DNA from: a virus
Lineage: Duplodnaviria > Caudoviricetes
Virus record (IMG/VR): IMGVR_UViG_3300034523_000297
Coordinates: 1-60,067 of that record
DNA length: 60,067 nucleotides
Direction: 5' to 3' (one strand)
Each line of letters opens with the position of its first letter. Position 1 is the stretch's first letter. Of the stretch, positions 9,739 through 18,085 are shown in pieces. The position numbers and the translations under genes are program-made. The notes under the pieces are model-generated. The model searched no databases, was not told where the DNA came from, and saw nothing but the letters and a program-made list of their open reading frames with translations.

Positions 9739-12700
9739 TTAGCTGCCTGTTCGACGGCGCCCATATGCACTCTCATACGAATCAACAACATCGCCGTAGC
9801 CTGTCGCGAACTGCCCAGCAACCTCTTGGACGGCCCGGTCAGTTGCCTCTCGGATAATGAAATCGATGTCTCCGTTAGGCATGCGCCGTTGTTCCACCTG
9901 TGCGCTGGAGTAGTTGTGCACGTTGATGTTTTGCTGGATTCCAGCCGCGCTTCCGGACTGACCCTGCGAGCCGCCGGTCATGCGTGCCGAGGTGATCGGC
10001 GTGACGTTGCCAGTACGTAGGGCCTCGACTGCAGAGACACCGCCAAAGCGGCGGATATCAGCCTGGGACCAGACCACCTCACCTTTGTGCACCACGCCGG
10101 CCGGCTCGTACTTACCGCCTGCACCGGTGTAGCCGCCCTCGGAGAAACCTTTGAGCAGGGCATACGCCGCGACCAACGCGCTGCCGCCCACAACAGCCGC
10201 GGCGCCGAAGGTACCAATCGATGCCGTCAGCGCAGCCGGAGCCCAGGACGCCAGCGTCTCAGCTGCTGCAGCCAGGTTGGCGGTCAGGACAGTGCCGATC
10301 GACGACAGGCTACTGGCCGTCGTGACCGCGTCCGTGGTCAGCTTGGCTGTGGTCTTGACGCCTTCCGCCGCGACCGTCTCCGTTGCCTCTGCTTCGATCC
10401 CGGCAAGCTTGAGAGCCTGCATGACAAGGAATCGAGCAGTGATTTCGGAGAACGCGCTGAGCATCGAGTTGGCAATGTCTCCGGCCAGATTGCCGAAGGC
10501 ATCACTGAGGCTTTCCGTACCCTTGACCAACCCTTGGATGCTGCCGGAAATCGACGAGGTGGTATCACCCAGGATCGACTCGGTAGCCGCCCGGGCCTGC
10601 TCGTTGTAGTTGGTCGCAAGATCGACGTAGTTCTGCCACGACTCCGACACACCGATCAGCCACTCGCCTCGCATCGCATCCTGCGCGGCGTAGTAGTTCT
10701 GCTGATCAGCCATGCGCGTGGCCAGAGCTGCTTGCAGGGCCTGGGTCTCGCCCTTGTAGAGGTCGGTGTCCTCAGCCGTGGGGTTCTTGATCTTGTTGTA
10801 GTCGTAGGTCAGCTTTTCCAGCTTCTTCTGATAATCCTGCTGGATTTTCAGATCATCTTGGAGTCGCTTGCGTGCTCTGTCGCTTTGCCCGGCGCCAGCC
10901 AGTTCGGCCTCCTGACCCTGGCGTGAGAGATCAGTCTCAGACTTTAGGCTCTCCGTAAATGCCAGGAGTTTTGCCTCGTTCTCTAGCCTGATGTTGGTTA
11001 GTTCGTTCTCCTTCTCAAGAGCAGCATTCCGCTTCAGTTGGGCGGTTATCAGCTCCTGGCTTGCCAGCAGTGACTTTTGATCAGCTGTCAGCGTTTTCTT
11101 GCCCTTGATGTCGGCGAGTTCTTGCTCCCACTTGATGAGTTCTCTGGCTGCAGCGCCAAGCTTGCTCGACTCGCCTGCCTGGGCGGTGATCAGTGACTTC
11201 TGCTCTACGAGAACGGCGTACTGCTTGCGCGCATCGTCGAGCGCCTTGTTGCCAGCGCTTTCGGTGTACGCTTTGTTGGAGTCGCGGATGGCTTTTGCAG
11301 CATCCTTGTTTGCCTGCTCCTGAGCTTTCTTCGCGCTCGCGGCCGATAGGATTGCGGCCTTGTCAGCCTCGGTCAGATCGGCGTGCTCGGCAATGTACCG
11401 GTTGGCTTCCTTGACCGCGTCGTTGTTGTCTTGGAGCTTGGCCAGTTGCTTCTGAATGCCGTCAAGGTACGTTTTCCCTGCCGCAGTCATACCTGAAACG
11501 GCGACGGAAGCCGAATTAGCGACCTCTGGAGTTTTGGAGTATTCCGCGTTTAGGGTTGCTAGTCGCTCTGCTGCCGTCTTCTGCAGCTCATTCTGCGTCG
11601 ACCAGGCCTCACCTGCCTTCTTCAGGTCGTTGAGGAGGCTAGCGGGCACACCTGGTACTTTTGCCGCATCCTCAAGTATTGGAACGATGGACTTGCCGCT
11701 TTTGGCTGCCTCCTCAATCCTCTCGCTGAGATTTTGAAAAGCCTTTGCCCGGTCAATGACCGCCTGATTGCTTGATCCGGCTATACGGGCTGGAAGAGAG
11801 AGTGAATCCGAACCAAGTACTCCCTTCTTCAGGGTGGCCTGAAGGGAGTCCAGTTCTGATCTGGCGGCCTTCACCGCCTCTGCCTGCGCTTCGCCCCACC
11901 GCACCAGCGCGCCAGCCCGTTGCTCTTGGGTCATGGCCTTGAAGCGAGCAATCACCTCATCCATTGGTCCTTTCAACTGCTCAAGGCCTTCCTTCGCCTT
12001 GTCGCTACTGCTGCGGAAATCAATGAACGAGGCAGCAACGGCGCCGGTTATGAATAGAAGCCCAAGAGGTCCTCCCATCATGCTAAGCAAGCCAGAGCCA
12101 GCAGCGGAAAGCCCTGTCAGAGCTCTGGAAGTAAGGCTCGCTGCCTCTGCAGCCTTCGTCGAAGCCACGGTTGCCGCATTCACTACGGCAGTCGTCTCCC
12201 CGTATGCCAGGACTGCGGCTGTTCTAGCAGCATAAGCAGCCTCAATCTGCACTGAGGAAGCGACTGTCGTAGCAGCCAGGGTACGCTCAGCAGTAGCAAC
12301 CTGAGCAGTTATTGCGGCGTGCGCCTGACTTAGCTCAGCAAGGCGAGCAACCGAAGCTGCACGGCCCTTCTCGGATATCTGGGCGCGAAGCCTTTGGGCC
12401 TCAAGCTCTCGCTCAGCAGCCAGAGAGGCCTGCACTGCAGTGATTCGATTTAGTTCGGCGCCAAGTGCCTCCCGCTCGGCGACTACCTGGCGCTGAGCCG
12501 AGGCAATTTGAGCATTCGCCCTGTCCACCGACGCCTTGGCATCTGCTTGCTTCGACTGGGCAGCCTCAAGATCAAGCTTGGCAGAGAGCGCAGTCTCTTT
12601 GTTTGCCACTCTGGTCGAGTTGGCGGCATAAACAGCCTGAGCGCCCTGTTGAGCAAAACCACCAGCAACTCTTGCAAGGGCCGCGTAAAGACCCGTCGTC

Positions 12701-13665
12701 ATCACCTGCTCAAGCGCAGACGAGTTTTCTTGCACCAGGGAAAGCGCCTTGGGCAAGCCGCCATCGATAGCGCTCGAAAGAGTCAGGATCTGCTTGGCAA
12801 ATGCACCGGTTGTTCCAATCGCCTGATCGAGTTCACCCACGAATCCAGTGAACGAGTTTCCTAGCGCAACTAGGCTGCTGCCGATGGTTGGCGCGATCTT
12901 CGAGAACTGGTCATCCACTGCATTGGCCTGGGCCTGGAGCGCCTTCACAACAGCGTCAGCAGTCAAAGCACCTTCTGCACCAAGGCTTCTCAGCTCGCCA
13001 ACTGTTTTCCCCATGCCTTTGGCAATAGCCTGAGCAAGCGCCGGCGCCTGCTCCAAGACACTATTCAGTTCTTCTCCGCGAAGCGTGCCCGATGCGAATG
13101 CCTGTCCAAGCTGGACCAGCGCAGCATCGGCGGCCTGGGCAGAAGTACCAGAAATTGCTAGGGTTTTGCTGATGGTTCCAACAATTCCTGCAACGCCTTT
13201 GCCGGTCAGGTTCAACTCAGCCTGGTTGGTTGCAATTCTCTGAAATAATTCTGCAGTCGCGCTCAACGGCTGGCGCGCTTCCTGCGCAATCGCGAATATG
13301 GACTTCTGCGCTTCCGCCAACTGCGCAGACCCATCGGTAACCAGCCGGAGCCGGTTGTTCAAAGTGGCGTACGCCTCAGACGCATCATAAAACGCCTTCA
13401 CGCTGAATGCCGCTGCCAGCGGCCCAGCAAGCCCGGATGCAGCCGAGGCCAGCGACTTCACTTGGCGCTCCAGGCTCTGCATCTGCACTGCCGACGACTG
13501 AGCGTTCCTGCCTGCGCCAGATATCGAGCTGCCCGCACTGGACATTGTCGGCACAGTGCGCAGGCCTGCGTCGTTCAGCCCCTCCAGGGCGCGCCGCATG
13601 TCCGCCGCCTTTTGCTCTGCGCTGCGCGCATCAAGCTCAATAACGAGCCGGGATGTCAGGGCCAT
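9739..13665 (-). CDS. Tail tape measure protein
   Basis: 1308 aa, Ala-rich; QLGQAFASGTLRGEELNSVLEQAP and C-terminal GGYTGAGGKYEPAGVVHKGE motifs. Confidence 0.96.
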   Translation of the reverse strand: MALTSRLVIELDARSAEQKAADMRRALEGLNDAGLRTVPTMSSAGSSISGAGRNAQSSAVQMQSLERQVKSLASAASGLAGPLAAAFSVKAFYDASEAYATLNNRLRLVTDGSAQLAEAQKSIFAIAQEARQPLSATAELFQRIATNQAELNLTGKGVAGIVGTISKTLAISGTSAQAADAALVQLGQAFASGTLRGEELNSVLEQAPALAQAIAKGMGKTVGELRSLGAEGALTADAVVKALQAQANAVDDQFSKIAPTIGSSLVALGNSFTGFVGELDQAIGTTGAFAKQILTLSSAIDGGLPKALSLVQENSSALEQVMTTGLYAALARVAGGFAQQGAQAVYAANSTRVANKETALSAKLDLEAAQSKQADAKASVDRANAQIASAQRQVVAEREALGAELNRITAVQASLAAERELEAQRLRAQISEKGRAASVARLAELSQAHAAITAQVATAERTLAATTVASSVQIEAAYAARTAAVLAYGETTAVVNAATVASTKAAEAASLTSRALTGLSAAGSGLLSMMGGPLGLLFITGAVAASFIDFRSSSDKAKEGLEQLKGPMDEVIARFKAMTQEQRAGALVRWGEAQAEAVKAARSELDSLQATLKKGVLGSDSLSLPARIAGSSNQAVIDRAKAFQNLSERIEEAAKSGKSIVPILEDAAKVPGVPASLLNDLKKAGEAWSTQNELQKTAAERLATLNAEYSKTPEVANSASVAVSGMTAAGKTYLDGIQKQLAKLQDNNDAVKEANRYIAEHADLTEADKAAILSAASAKKAQEQANKDAAKAIRDSNKAYTESAGNKALDDARKQYAVLVEQKSLITAQAGESSKLGAAARELIKWEQELADIKGKKTLTADQKSLLASQELITAQLKRNAALEKENELTNIRLENEAKLLAFTESLKSETDLSRQGQEAELAGAGQSDRARKRLQDDLKIQQDYQKKLEKLTYDYNKIKNPTAEDTDLYKGETQALQAALATRMADQQNYYAAQDAMRGEWLIGVSESWQNYVDLATNYNEQARAATESILGDTTSSISGSIQGLVKGTESLSDAFGNLAGDIANSMLSAFSEITARFLVMQALKLAGIEAEATETVAAEGVKTTAKLTTDAVTTASSLSSIGTVLTANLAAAAETLASWAPAALTASIGTFGAAAVVGGSALVAAYALLKGFSEGGYTGAGGKYEPAGVVHKGEVVWSQADIRRFGGVSAVEALRTGNVTPITSARMTGGSQGQSGSAAGIQQNINVHNYSSAQVEQRRMPNGDIDFIIREATDRAVQEVAGQFATGYGDVVDSYESAYGRRRTGS

Positions 13666-13726
13666 GCGTTTTCTCCGGGCGAAAAAAAGCCCGCGTCTAA
13701 GCGGGCGCTATAAATTTTGTCTTTGC

Positions 13727-14086
13727 TTAACGGTCAGCCACACCATCAATCAGTGTGTTGACATCAGTTCGAACGGAATTCATGCAAGAGTCGTAATAGC
13801 GCTTTGGGTCTGCCCTTCCTGCGGCTGAGTCAGAGACGGCCAGAGCAATCAGCGCCGCCCCCTTTTTGTCGCCGGAAAGGCCTGACGCTTCGAGGATTTT
13901 CCCTTCCTGCACGCCGTTCCTCGCAGCCAAGACCGCACCTTGATAGACAGCCTGGCTATTGTGGCAATACGAGGCTGCGTTGAAGGCCGCATCAGCAGCC
14001 GCCTTCAGCTCATCCCGACTACTGCCATCCGCCAGTATCGGCATCGATACCGGAAATAGAGCTAACAAAACTAACGCCTTGCGCAT
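13727..14086 (-). CDS. Secreted hypothetical moron protein
   Basis: Signal peptide MRKALVLLALFPVSMPILA; two Cys. Confidence 0.6.
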   Translation of the reverse strand: MRKALVLLALFPVSMPILADGSSRDELKAAADAAFNAASYCHNSQAVYQGAVLAARNGVQEGKILEASGLSGDKKGAALIALAVSDSAAGRADPKRYYDSCMNSVRTDVNTLIDGVADR

Positions 14087-14165
14087 GAGGCATCCCCGAT
14101 CCATTGAGTTCGAGGAAATCTACCATCATCGGCACGATGCGCCAAAACCCCGCCAATGCAGGGTG

Positions 14166-14191
14166 AAAAAGAAAAGGCACCCGAAGGTGCC
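14166..14191 (-). terminator. Intrinsic terminator closing the RAMP/repeat operon
   Basis: Minus strand GGCACC-TTCG-GGTGCC followed by TTTTCTTTTT. Confidence 0.85.
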
Positions 14192-14210
14192 CTCTCGATG
14201 CCGTTTACGG

Positions 14211-14290
14211 CCCATGCCACACCGAGCCATACCATGCCCAGGCGTGCCGCTGCCTGCCAAACCTAACCACGCCGTAACGCGCCAAGTCAT
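14211..14290 (-). repeat. Period-5 (NN-GGY)n array, 16 units
   Basis: Minus strand: AT GAC TT GGC GC GTT AC GGC GT GGT TA GGT TT GGC AG GCA GC GGC AC GCC TG GGC AT GGT AT GGC TC GGT GT GGC AT GGG; every triplet starts with G, 11 of 16 are GGY. Confidence 0.93.
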
Positions 14291-14338
14291 CGGTGCTTAT
14301 GCACCGCAATGTCTCCTCGCAGAAGAGACATTACGCTG
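14211..14338 (-). ncRNA. Putative guide-like RNA unit 2 (hairpin leader + 16-unit NN-GGY array)
   Basis: Leader CGTAATGTCTCTTC-TGC-GAGGAGACATTGCG then GGTGC-ATAA-GCACC, directly followed by the array. Confidence 0.7.
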
Positions 14339-14345
14339 TTTTCAG

Positions 14346-14410
14346 CCCCTGCCGAACCATGCCGGGCCTGACCTTGCCTCACCTAACCCGGGCTAGTCGC
14401 AGCTCGACAT
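14346..14410 (-). repeat. Period-5 (NN-GGY)n array, 13 units
   Basis: Minus strand: AT GTC GA GCT GC GAC TA GCC CG GGT TA GGT GA GGC AA GGT CA GGC CC GGC AT GGT TC GGC AG GGG; 8 consecutive GGY units. Confidence 0.92.
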
Positions 14411-14460
14411 CATGATGCTTTCGCACCGCAATGCCCTCTCATAGAAAGGGCATTACGCTA
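14346..14460 (-). ncRNA. Putative guide-like RNA unit 1 (hairpin leader + 13-unit NN-GGY array)
   Basis: Leader CGTAATGCCCTTTC-TAT-GAGAGGGCATTGCG then GGTGC-GAAA-GCATC; begins right after the stop codon at 14462. Confidence 0.7.
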
Positions 14461-14461
14461 C

Positions 14462-14920
14462 TCAGCGCAAGGCCTTCGTCGCCATCCCGCGCAGCGCGGA
14501 GAACTTAGCCACCTGGTCCAGGTTTTCGCGCCTCTGATCGTCGGTCAGCTCCGTGATCCGCAGATTTCTGAGCTTCTGCCCGGCCCCGCGAAACACCTTG
14601 CGAACACCACGACCCAACTCCTCCATGGCCACGCCAGTCTGCTCATGCGGCGGAACCCAACGGTACCCACGCCCTCGCACCGACTGCAGGCAGACCTGGT
14701 GATCGCGCAGAAGCTCAGCCTTGAACGCCTCCACGTTTGCCAGCCATTCGAACTGCCGGTCGCGGAACTGCTCGACCGTGAGCGACTTGGATTCGCCCAT
14801 GGAGGGCATGCCGAATCGGGCTTCAAGCCAGTCGTGCCCCACAAGGTCGCCGTACTTGAAAGCTTTGAGGAAGTCTTCGACCGCCTGCTTGTGGCTTGGA
14901 TACTTTGTCACCTCAGACAT
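14462..14920 (-). CDS. Partner protein of the RAMP-like gene (possible winged-helix nucleic-acid-binding protein)
   Basis: 152 aa from MSEVTKY; overlaps the RAMP gene stop by 8 nt; LQSVRGRGYR wing-like motif; basic C-terminus. Confidence 0.7.
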   Translation of the reverse strand: MSEVTKYPSHKQAVEDFLKAFKYGDLVGHDWLEARFGMPSMGESKSLTVEQFRDRQFEWLANVEAFKAELLRDHQVCLQSVRGRGYRWVPPHEQTGVAMEELGRGVRKVFRGAGQKLRNLRITELTDDQRRENLDQVAKFSALRGMATKALR

Positions 14921-15488
14921 AGGCCACCTCAAATCGACCGAAGCGTGGGCGGTACTCGCAGACGCCGATCAGCTTGCCGGAGTCCTCGATGGCCTTCTTC
15001 ACCTCCTGAAGGTCAAGCACATCGGCATTGATCGCCACCTCAAGCTGGCAGGCCCAATCGAGGAAGATCGGCCGGTATCGCATGATCTTTGCCTGGCCAA
15101 CCTTCACGCCTCGGCAGTCGACGAAGCGCTGATCCTCCCAAAGCGACTCCGGCGTGTCCGGTCCATTGAATTCCAGGCTGGCCCTGTCGGTCATCACAAG
15201 CGCGCCGCGCTTCCAATGGGTTCCCAGCTTCTGCAGCTTGGCGCCAGCAAGGAAGGTGGCGTCAAAGTTTGCCCCCGGAATGTGGATGCCTGCTCGCTCG
15301 TCGAAGTAAACGCCTGCAATGAACTCGGACTTGGCGATGGCGACATGATCATCATCGACTTTTTTCCGCTTGCTGGTTAGCTCGCGGTGCGCCTTCGTCG
15401 CCGGGTGCAGCGGGTTGGCCAGCTTGTCGCTGTGCATCATCAATGGCGAAGTGCCCTTGATGCTCAGGGTAAGAAGCTCCATGGTCAT
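14913..15488 (-). CDS. Stand-alone Cas7/RAMP-superfamily-like protein
   Basis: N-terminal strand LSIKGTSPLMMH, IPGANF (cf. RAMP IPGSS), R-P-F-W strand, C-terminal Gly-rich loop GKLIGVCEYRPRFGRFEV. Confidence 0.75.
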   Translation of the reverse strand: MTMELLTLSIKGTSPLMMHSDKLANPLHPATKAHRELTSKRKKVDDDHVAIAKSEFIAGVYFDERAGIHIPGANFDATFLAGAKLQKLGTHWKRGALVMTDRASLEFNGPDTPESLWEDQRFVDCRGVKVGQAKIMRYRPIFLDWACQLEVAINADVLDLQEVKKAIEDSGKLIGVCEYRPRFGRFEVAYV

Positions 15489-16369
15489 TTCACCGCCCTC
15501 CGCGCCATGTACTCGAACCGACCGCGAAGGTTCACCACTGCTGCCATCAAGAACTCGAACATGTCCGGGGTCGATACTGGGATATCGCCTGGTGACATGA
15601 CCATCCCCTTGATGAGCTCGCGCGTTGACAGCACGCAGGCATCGTCAGCCACTTCCTCCACTCGCTGATCGCCCTTGTGGTCGAACGAGACCAGATAACG
15701 CTTTTGTGGGCCACCAACGATTTGGACCTGTTCACGCTTCGGTAAAAACTCACCCTCAACCACCGCATAGGCTGCAATGAAGTTCCGGGCGCCATCCAGG
15801 TGCTCTGCCGGGATATCAGCTGCGGATCGGACGCCGAACGCCGCATGCACCTGAGACCAGATCTTTGCCGTCGCGCGCCGCTGCATCTGAACAGGCAGCG
15901 CAGCTACCTTGCCCTTAACGATGGCGCCGAGCATGTGAAATCCATCGGTGCCAATGGTCTGACCGAGGAGGGTCATTGATTGGTTTGCCTCGCGATGATT
16001 CACTGCGCGCCCCTGATTCCAGTAGGACCACAGTGCGTCGTCGCATTCGTTCTGGTAGTCAATCACGCCATCGCGTAGTTCGGGGCGAACCTTGCTTGCA
16101 TGAATCGACATTAACCAGCCCGCGAGCTTACGCAGAGGCAGGCATGCCATTTCGTACTGCTTACCATCGGCACCAGTTGTGGTGATCATCACCATAACTG
16201 AATTGAACCGGCCTCCCTGGAGCTTTGTATGCTGGCTCTTCCAATCCAAGCCCATGCCTTCGACCACTGGCTTCATTGGAATGAATGGTTGTCCGTCTCG
16301 CTCGACGAGCAAAAGCTTCGCTGAACGGAACGGGATGACACTGGATGCAGCTGTGCTATTATCACTCAT
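15485..16369 (-). CDS. Phage antirepressor (P22 Ant N-terminal domain)
   Basis: PMKPVVEGMGLDWKSQ, CLPLRKLAGWL and YQNECDDALW motifs; start could extend to 16462. Confidence 0.9.
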   Translation of the reverse strand: MSDNSTAASSVIPFRSAKLLLVERDGQPFIPMKPVVEGMGLDWKSQHTKLQGGRFNSVMVMITTTGADGKQYEMACLPLRKLAGWLMSIHASKVRPELRDGVIDYQNECDDALWSYWNQGRAVNHREANQSMTLLGQTIGTDGFHMLGAIVKGKVAALPVQMQRRATAKIWSQVHAAFGVRSAADIPAEHLDGARNFIAAYAVVEGEFLPKREQVQIVGGPQKRYLVSFDHKGDQRVEEVADDACVLSTRELIKGMVMSPGDIPVSTPDMFEFLMAAVVNLRGRFEYMARRAVK

Positions 16370-16439
16370 GACGTTGTTTTCCTGATCGATGACTGCGTTG
16401 ATTCCCAAAGCCCTGGCCGTTGGCGCGACCGGGGCTTTT

Positions 16440-16607
16440 TCATGCCCGTTGTTTTTGCTCATCCTGCATCTCCTGCTCCAAGGACTTCCTCAGCCGAAAA
16501 ACGATTTCGCCGCTCAGGCTGCGGCCGTTCTCCTCCGCACGCTGCTCCAGCTTTTGCCGCAGCGTGCAAAGCATCCGTACTGCCGTAGTGATTTTCTCGC
16601 TTCCCAT
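16440..16607 (-). CDS. Arc-family ribbon-helix-helix repressor (55 aa, not in the ORF track)
   Basis: Own translation: MGSEKITTAVRMLCTLRQKLEQRAEENGRSLSGEIVFRLRKSLEQEMQDEQKQRA; typical A..NGRSL..EI..RL..SL motif. Confidence 0.85.
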   Translation of the reverse strand: MGSEKITTAVRMLCTLRQKLEQRAEENGRSLSGEIVFRLRKSLEQEMQDEQKQRA

Positions 16608-16612
16608 TACCC

Positions 16613-16669
16613 TGCTTCCTTTGCTTCATTTACAAGGACGATTCTTGCTTCCTTTGCTTCATTTGTCAA
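16613..16669 (-). promoter_or_regulatory. Sigma70 promoter of the arc-ant-RAMP operon with tandem operator repeats
   Basis: Minus strand TTGACA(16669-16664)-17 bp-AAGAAT(16646-16641); 19-bp direct repeat TGCTTCCTTTGCTTCATTT at 16613 and 16646. Confidence 0.75.
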
Positions 16670-16746
16670 ACACCAATGTGTCATTTGTTGCTTTGTACGT
16701 TTCTGGGAACGTACGCTGTACGCATGCAACAACCTTTGAGCGCTAA

Positions 16747-17235
16747 ATGACTGATCTCTTCGCTGACAAGCTAATCCGACTCCGCACGCAAAAAGGCCTT
16801 ACACAGAGGGACCTTGCCGCGATGGCCGGCCTTTCCTGGTCGCAGATATCGAAATACGAGTCGGGAAAATCGAAGCCCCGCAAGAAAGCTTTATGGGCGC
16901 TGGAGGAGGCGCTTGACTGTCCCGGTGAATTGTCCAGTCAGATAGAAGCCTCGGCAGACGGTACCCATGCAGCCAGCCCCACAATGCAAGATCGCCTAGT
17001 GGAAGCACTCCACTCGCTCGACCCCGAAATCCAAAAGAGATGGAAGGAAGAAGCTAGAGAAAAAGGGCTCAGCTATGAGGATTACATCTTCCGCAGTGTC
17101 AAAGCGAACATGCTGGAGATGTCGCGCGATGCCGAAAAACAGGGTGATAAGAAGACAGCTAACGTCTTGCGGATAGTGGCTCTTGCGCTTTTCCGGTGGA
17201 TGGAAGATCCGGGTGAATCCGCCGAAGATGACTAA
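16747..17235 (+). CDS. XRE-family HTH regulator, divergent from arc
   Basis: LIRLRTQKGLTQRDLA...ISKYESGKSKP. Confidence 0.9.
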   Translation: MTDLFADKLIRLRTQKGLTQRDLAAMAGLSWSQISKYESGKSKPRKKALWALEEALDCPGELSSQIEASADGTHAASPTMQDRLVEALHSLDPEIQKRWKEEAREKGLSYEDYIFRSVKANMLEMSRDAEKQGDKKTANVLRIVALALFRWMEDPGESAEDD

Positions 17236-17303
17236 ACTGCAATGACACAAAACCTTAGCCCGGCCAAGCGCCGGGCTCCACATGTCACGCCAAGAGGTCA
17301 GCA

Positions 17304-17579
17304 GTGCAACGAGACTTCGCAAAGCTAAGGCAAGCACTTAAAGACCCTGCAGATGGGCCGTATGCTGTGGGAAAAATGCGTGAGCTCCTTGTTGATCTAC
17401 TGCGTGACTATCCAAGAGAGCGTTACCAGGTCGCCGATTTGCTTCTACCGCATGGGCGACCTATCAGCCAAAATTCGCGCAAGGTAGTTGACTACCTCAT
17501 CGACGTGCTCGAAAAAGGCAACATTGAGCCCAGTGGCATTCTCTACCTAGCTGACAGCTATAGGCTCATGTGCGGCTAG
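17304..17579 (+). CDS. Hypothetical protein
   Basis: 91-aa ORF with GAGG RBS, followed by a hairpin. Confidence 0.55.
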   Translation: MQRDFAKLRQALKDPADGPYAVGKMRELLVDLLRDYPRERYQVADLLLPHGRPISQNSRKVVDYLIDVLEKGNIEPSGILYLADSYRLMCG

Positions 17580-17591
17580 GTCACCAGACAC

Positions 17592-17617
17592 AAAAAGCCC
17601 AGCGCGGGGCTGGGCTT
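17592..17617. terminator. Terminator hairpin between convergent genes
   Basis: AAAAAGCCCAGC-GCGGG-GCTGGGCTT. Confidence 0.7.
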
Positions 17618-17623
17618 GGGAAG

Positions 17624-18085
17624 TCAGGTATAGATCCATTTGTGCGCCGGCAACCGGACGGAGTAGGCTTGGGCCTCTTCGGCAAACATCTCGCCCATCG
17701 CCCTCATCCCGACTATGTCATCCATGAGCTGGTGCCCTTTAGGGGTTAGCAAATCGACGAGCATTATGGGATGCAAATGAGCAGGGTACGTCAGATCTGG
17801 GATGCCGCCGTAAACTAGGATTTTGTCCGATGTATAGTCATCCTGGGGTCCGTTACGATCCCAGACCGCCTGCCATTGCCGCTCTACTGATTCCTCTTCC
17901 ATGTGAACATGGCGCAACCCCTGCTTTACCACCACGTCAGGGAACAAAAAACCTTTGTCGCGCCCAAAAATCCTGCCAAACTCGTTGGCTTGATCCATTT
18001 TGTAGGTTTGAAAATCCTGAGCGAGCTCAAGAGCTAAATCATCGCCAAGAGACCGAGCTAGCGGGCGACTGACGATAATCCTCAT
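17624..18085 (-). CDS. YafO-like type II toxin (mRNA interferase)
   Basis: FGRDKGF...LRHVH...TSD.ILVY...P.GH pattern characteristic of the YafO family. Confidence 0.65.
   Translation of the reverse strand: MRIIVSRPLARSLGDDLALELAQDFQTYKMDQANEFGRIFGRDKGFLFPDVVVKQGLRHVHMEEESVERQWQAVWDRNGPQDDYTSDKILVYGGIPDLTYPAHLHPIMLVDLLTPKGHQLMDDIVGMRAMGEMFAEEAQAYSVRLPAHKWIYT

Noticed and set aside
13959-14396. 145-aa plus-strand ORF across the repeat arrays
   Set aside because: Pro/Arg/His-rich translation produced by the RCCNN repeat; period 5 does not fit codon structure, and the ORF overlaps another gene antisense
14200-14460. Canonical CRISPR array next to the Cas7-like gene
   Set aside because: There are no 25-40 bp identical repeats separated by unique spacers; the structure is a period-5 scaffold with only two leader copies
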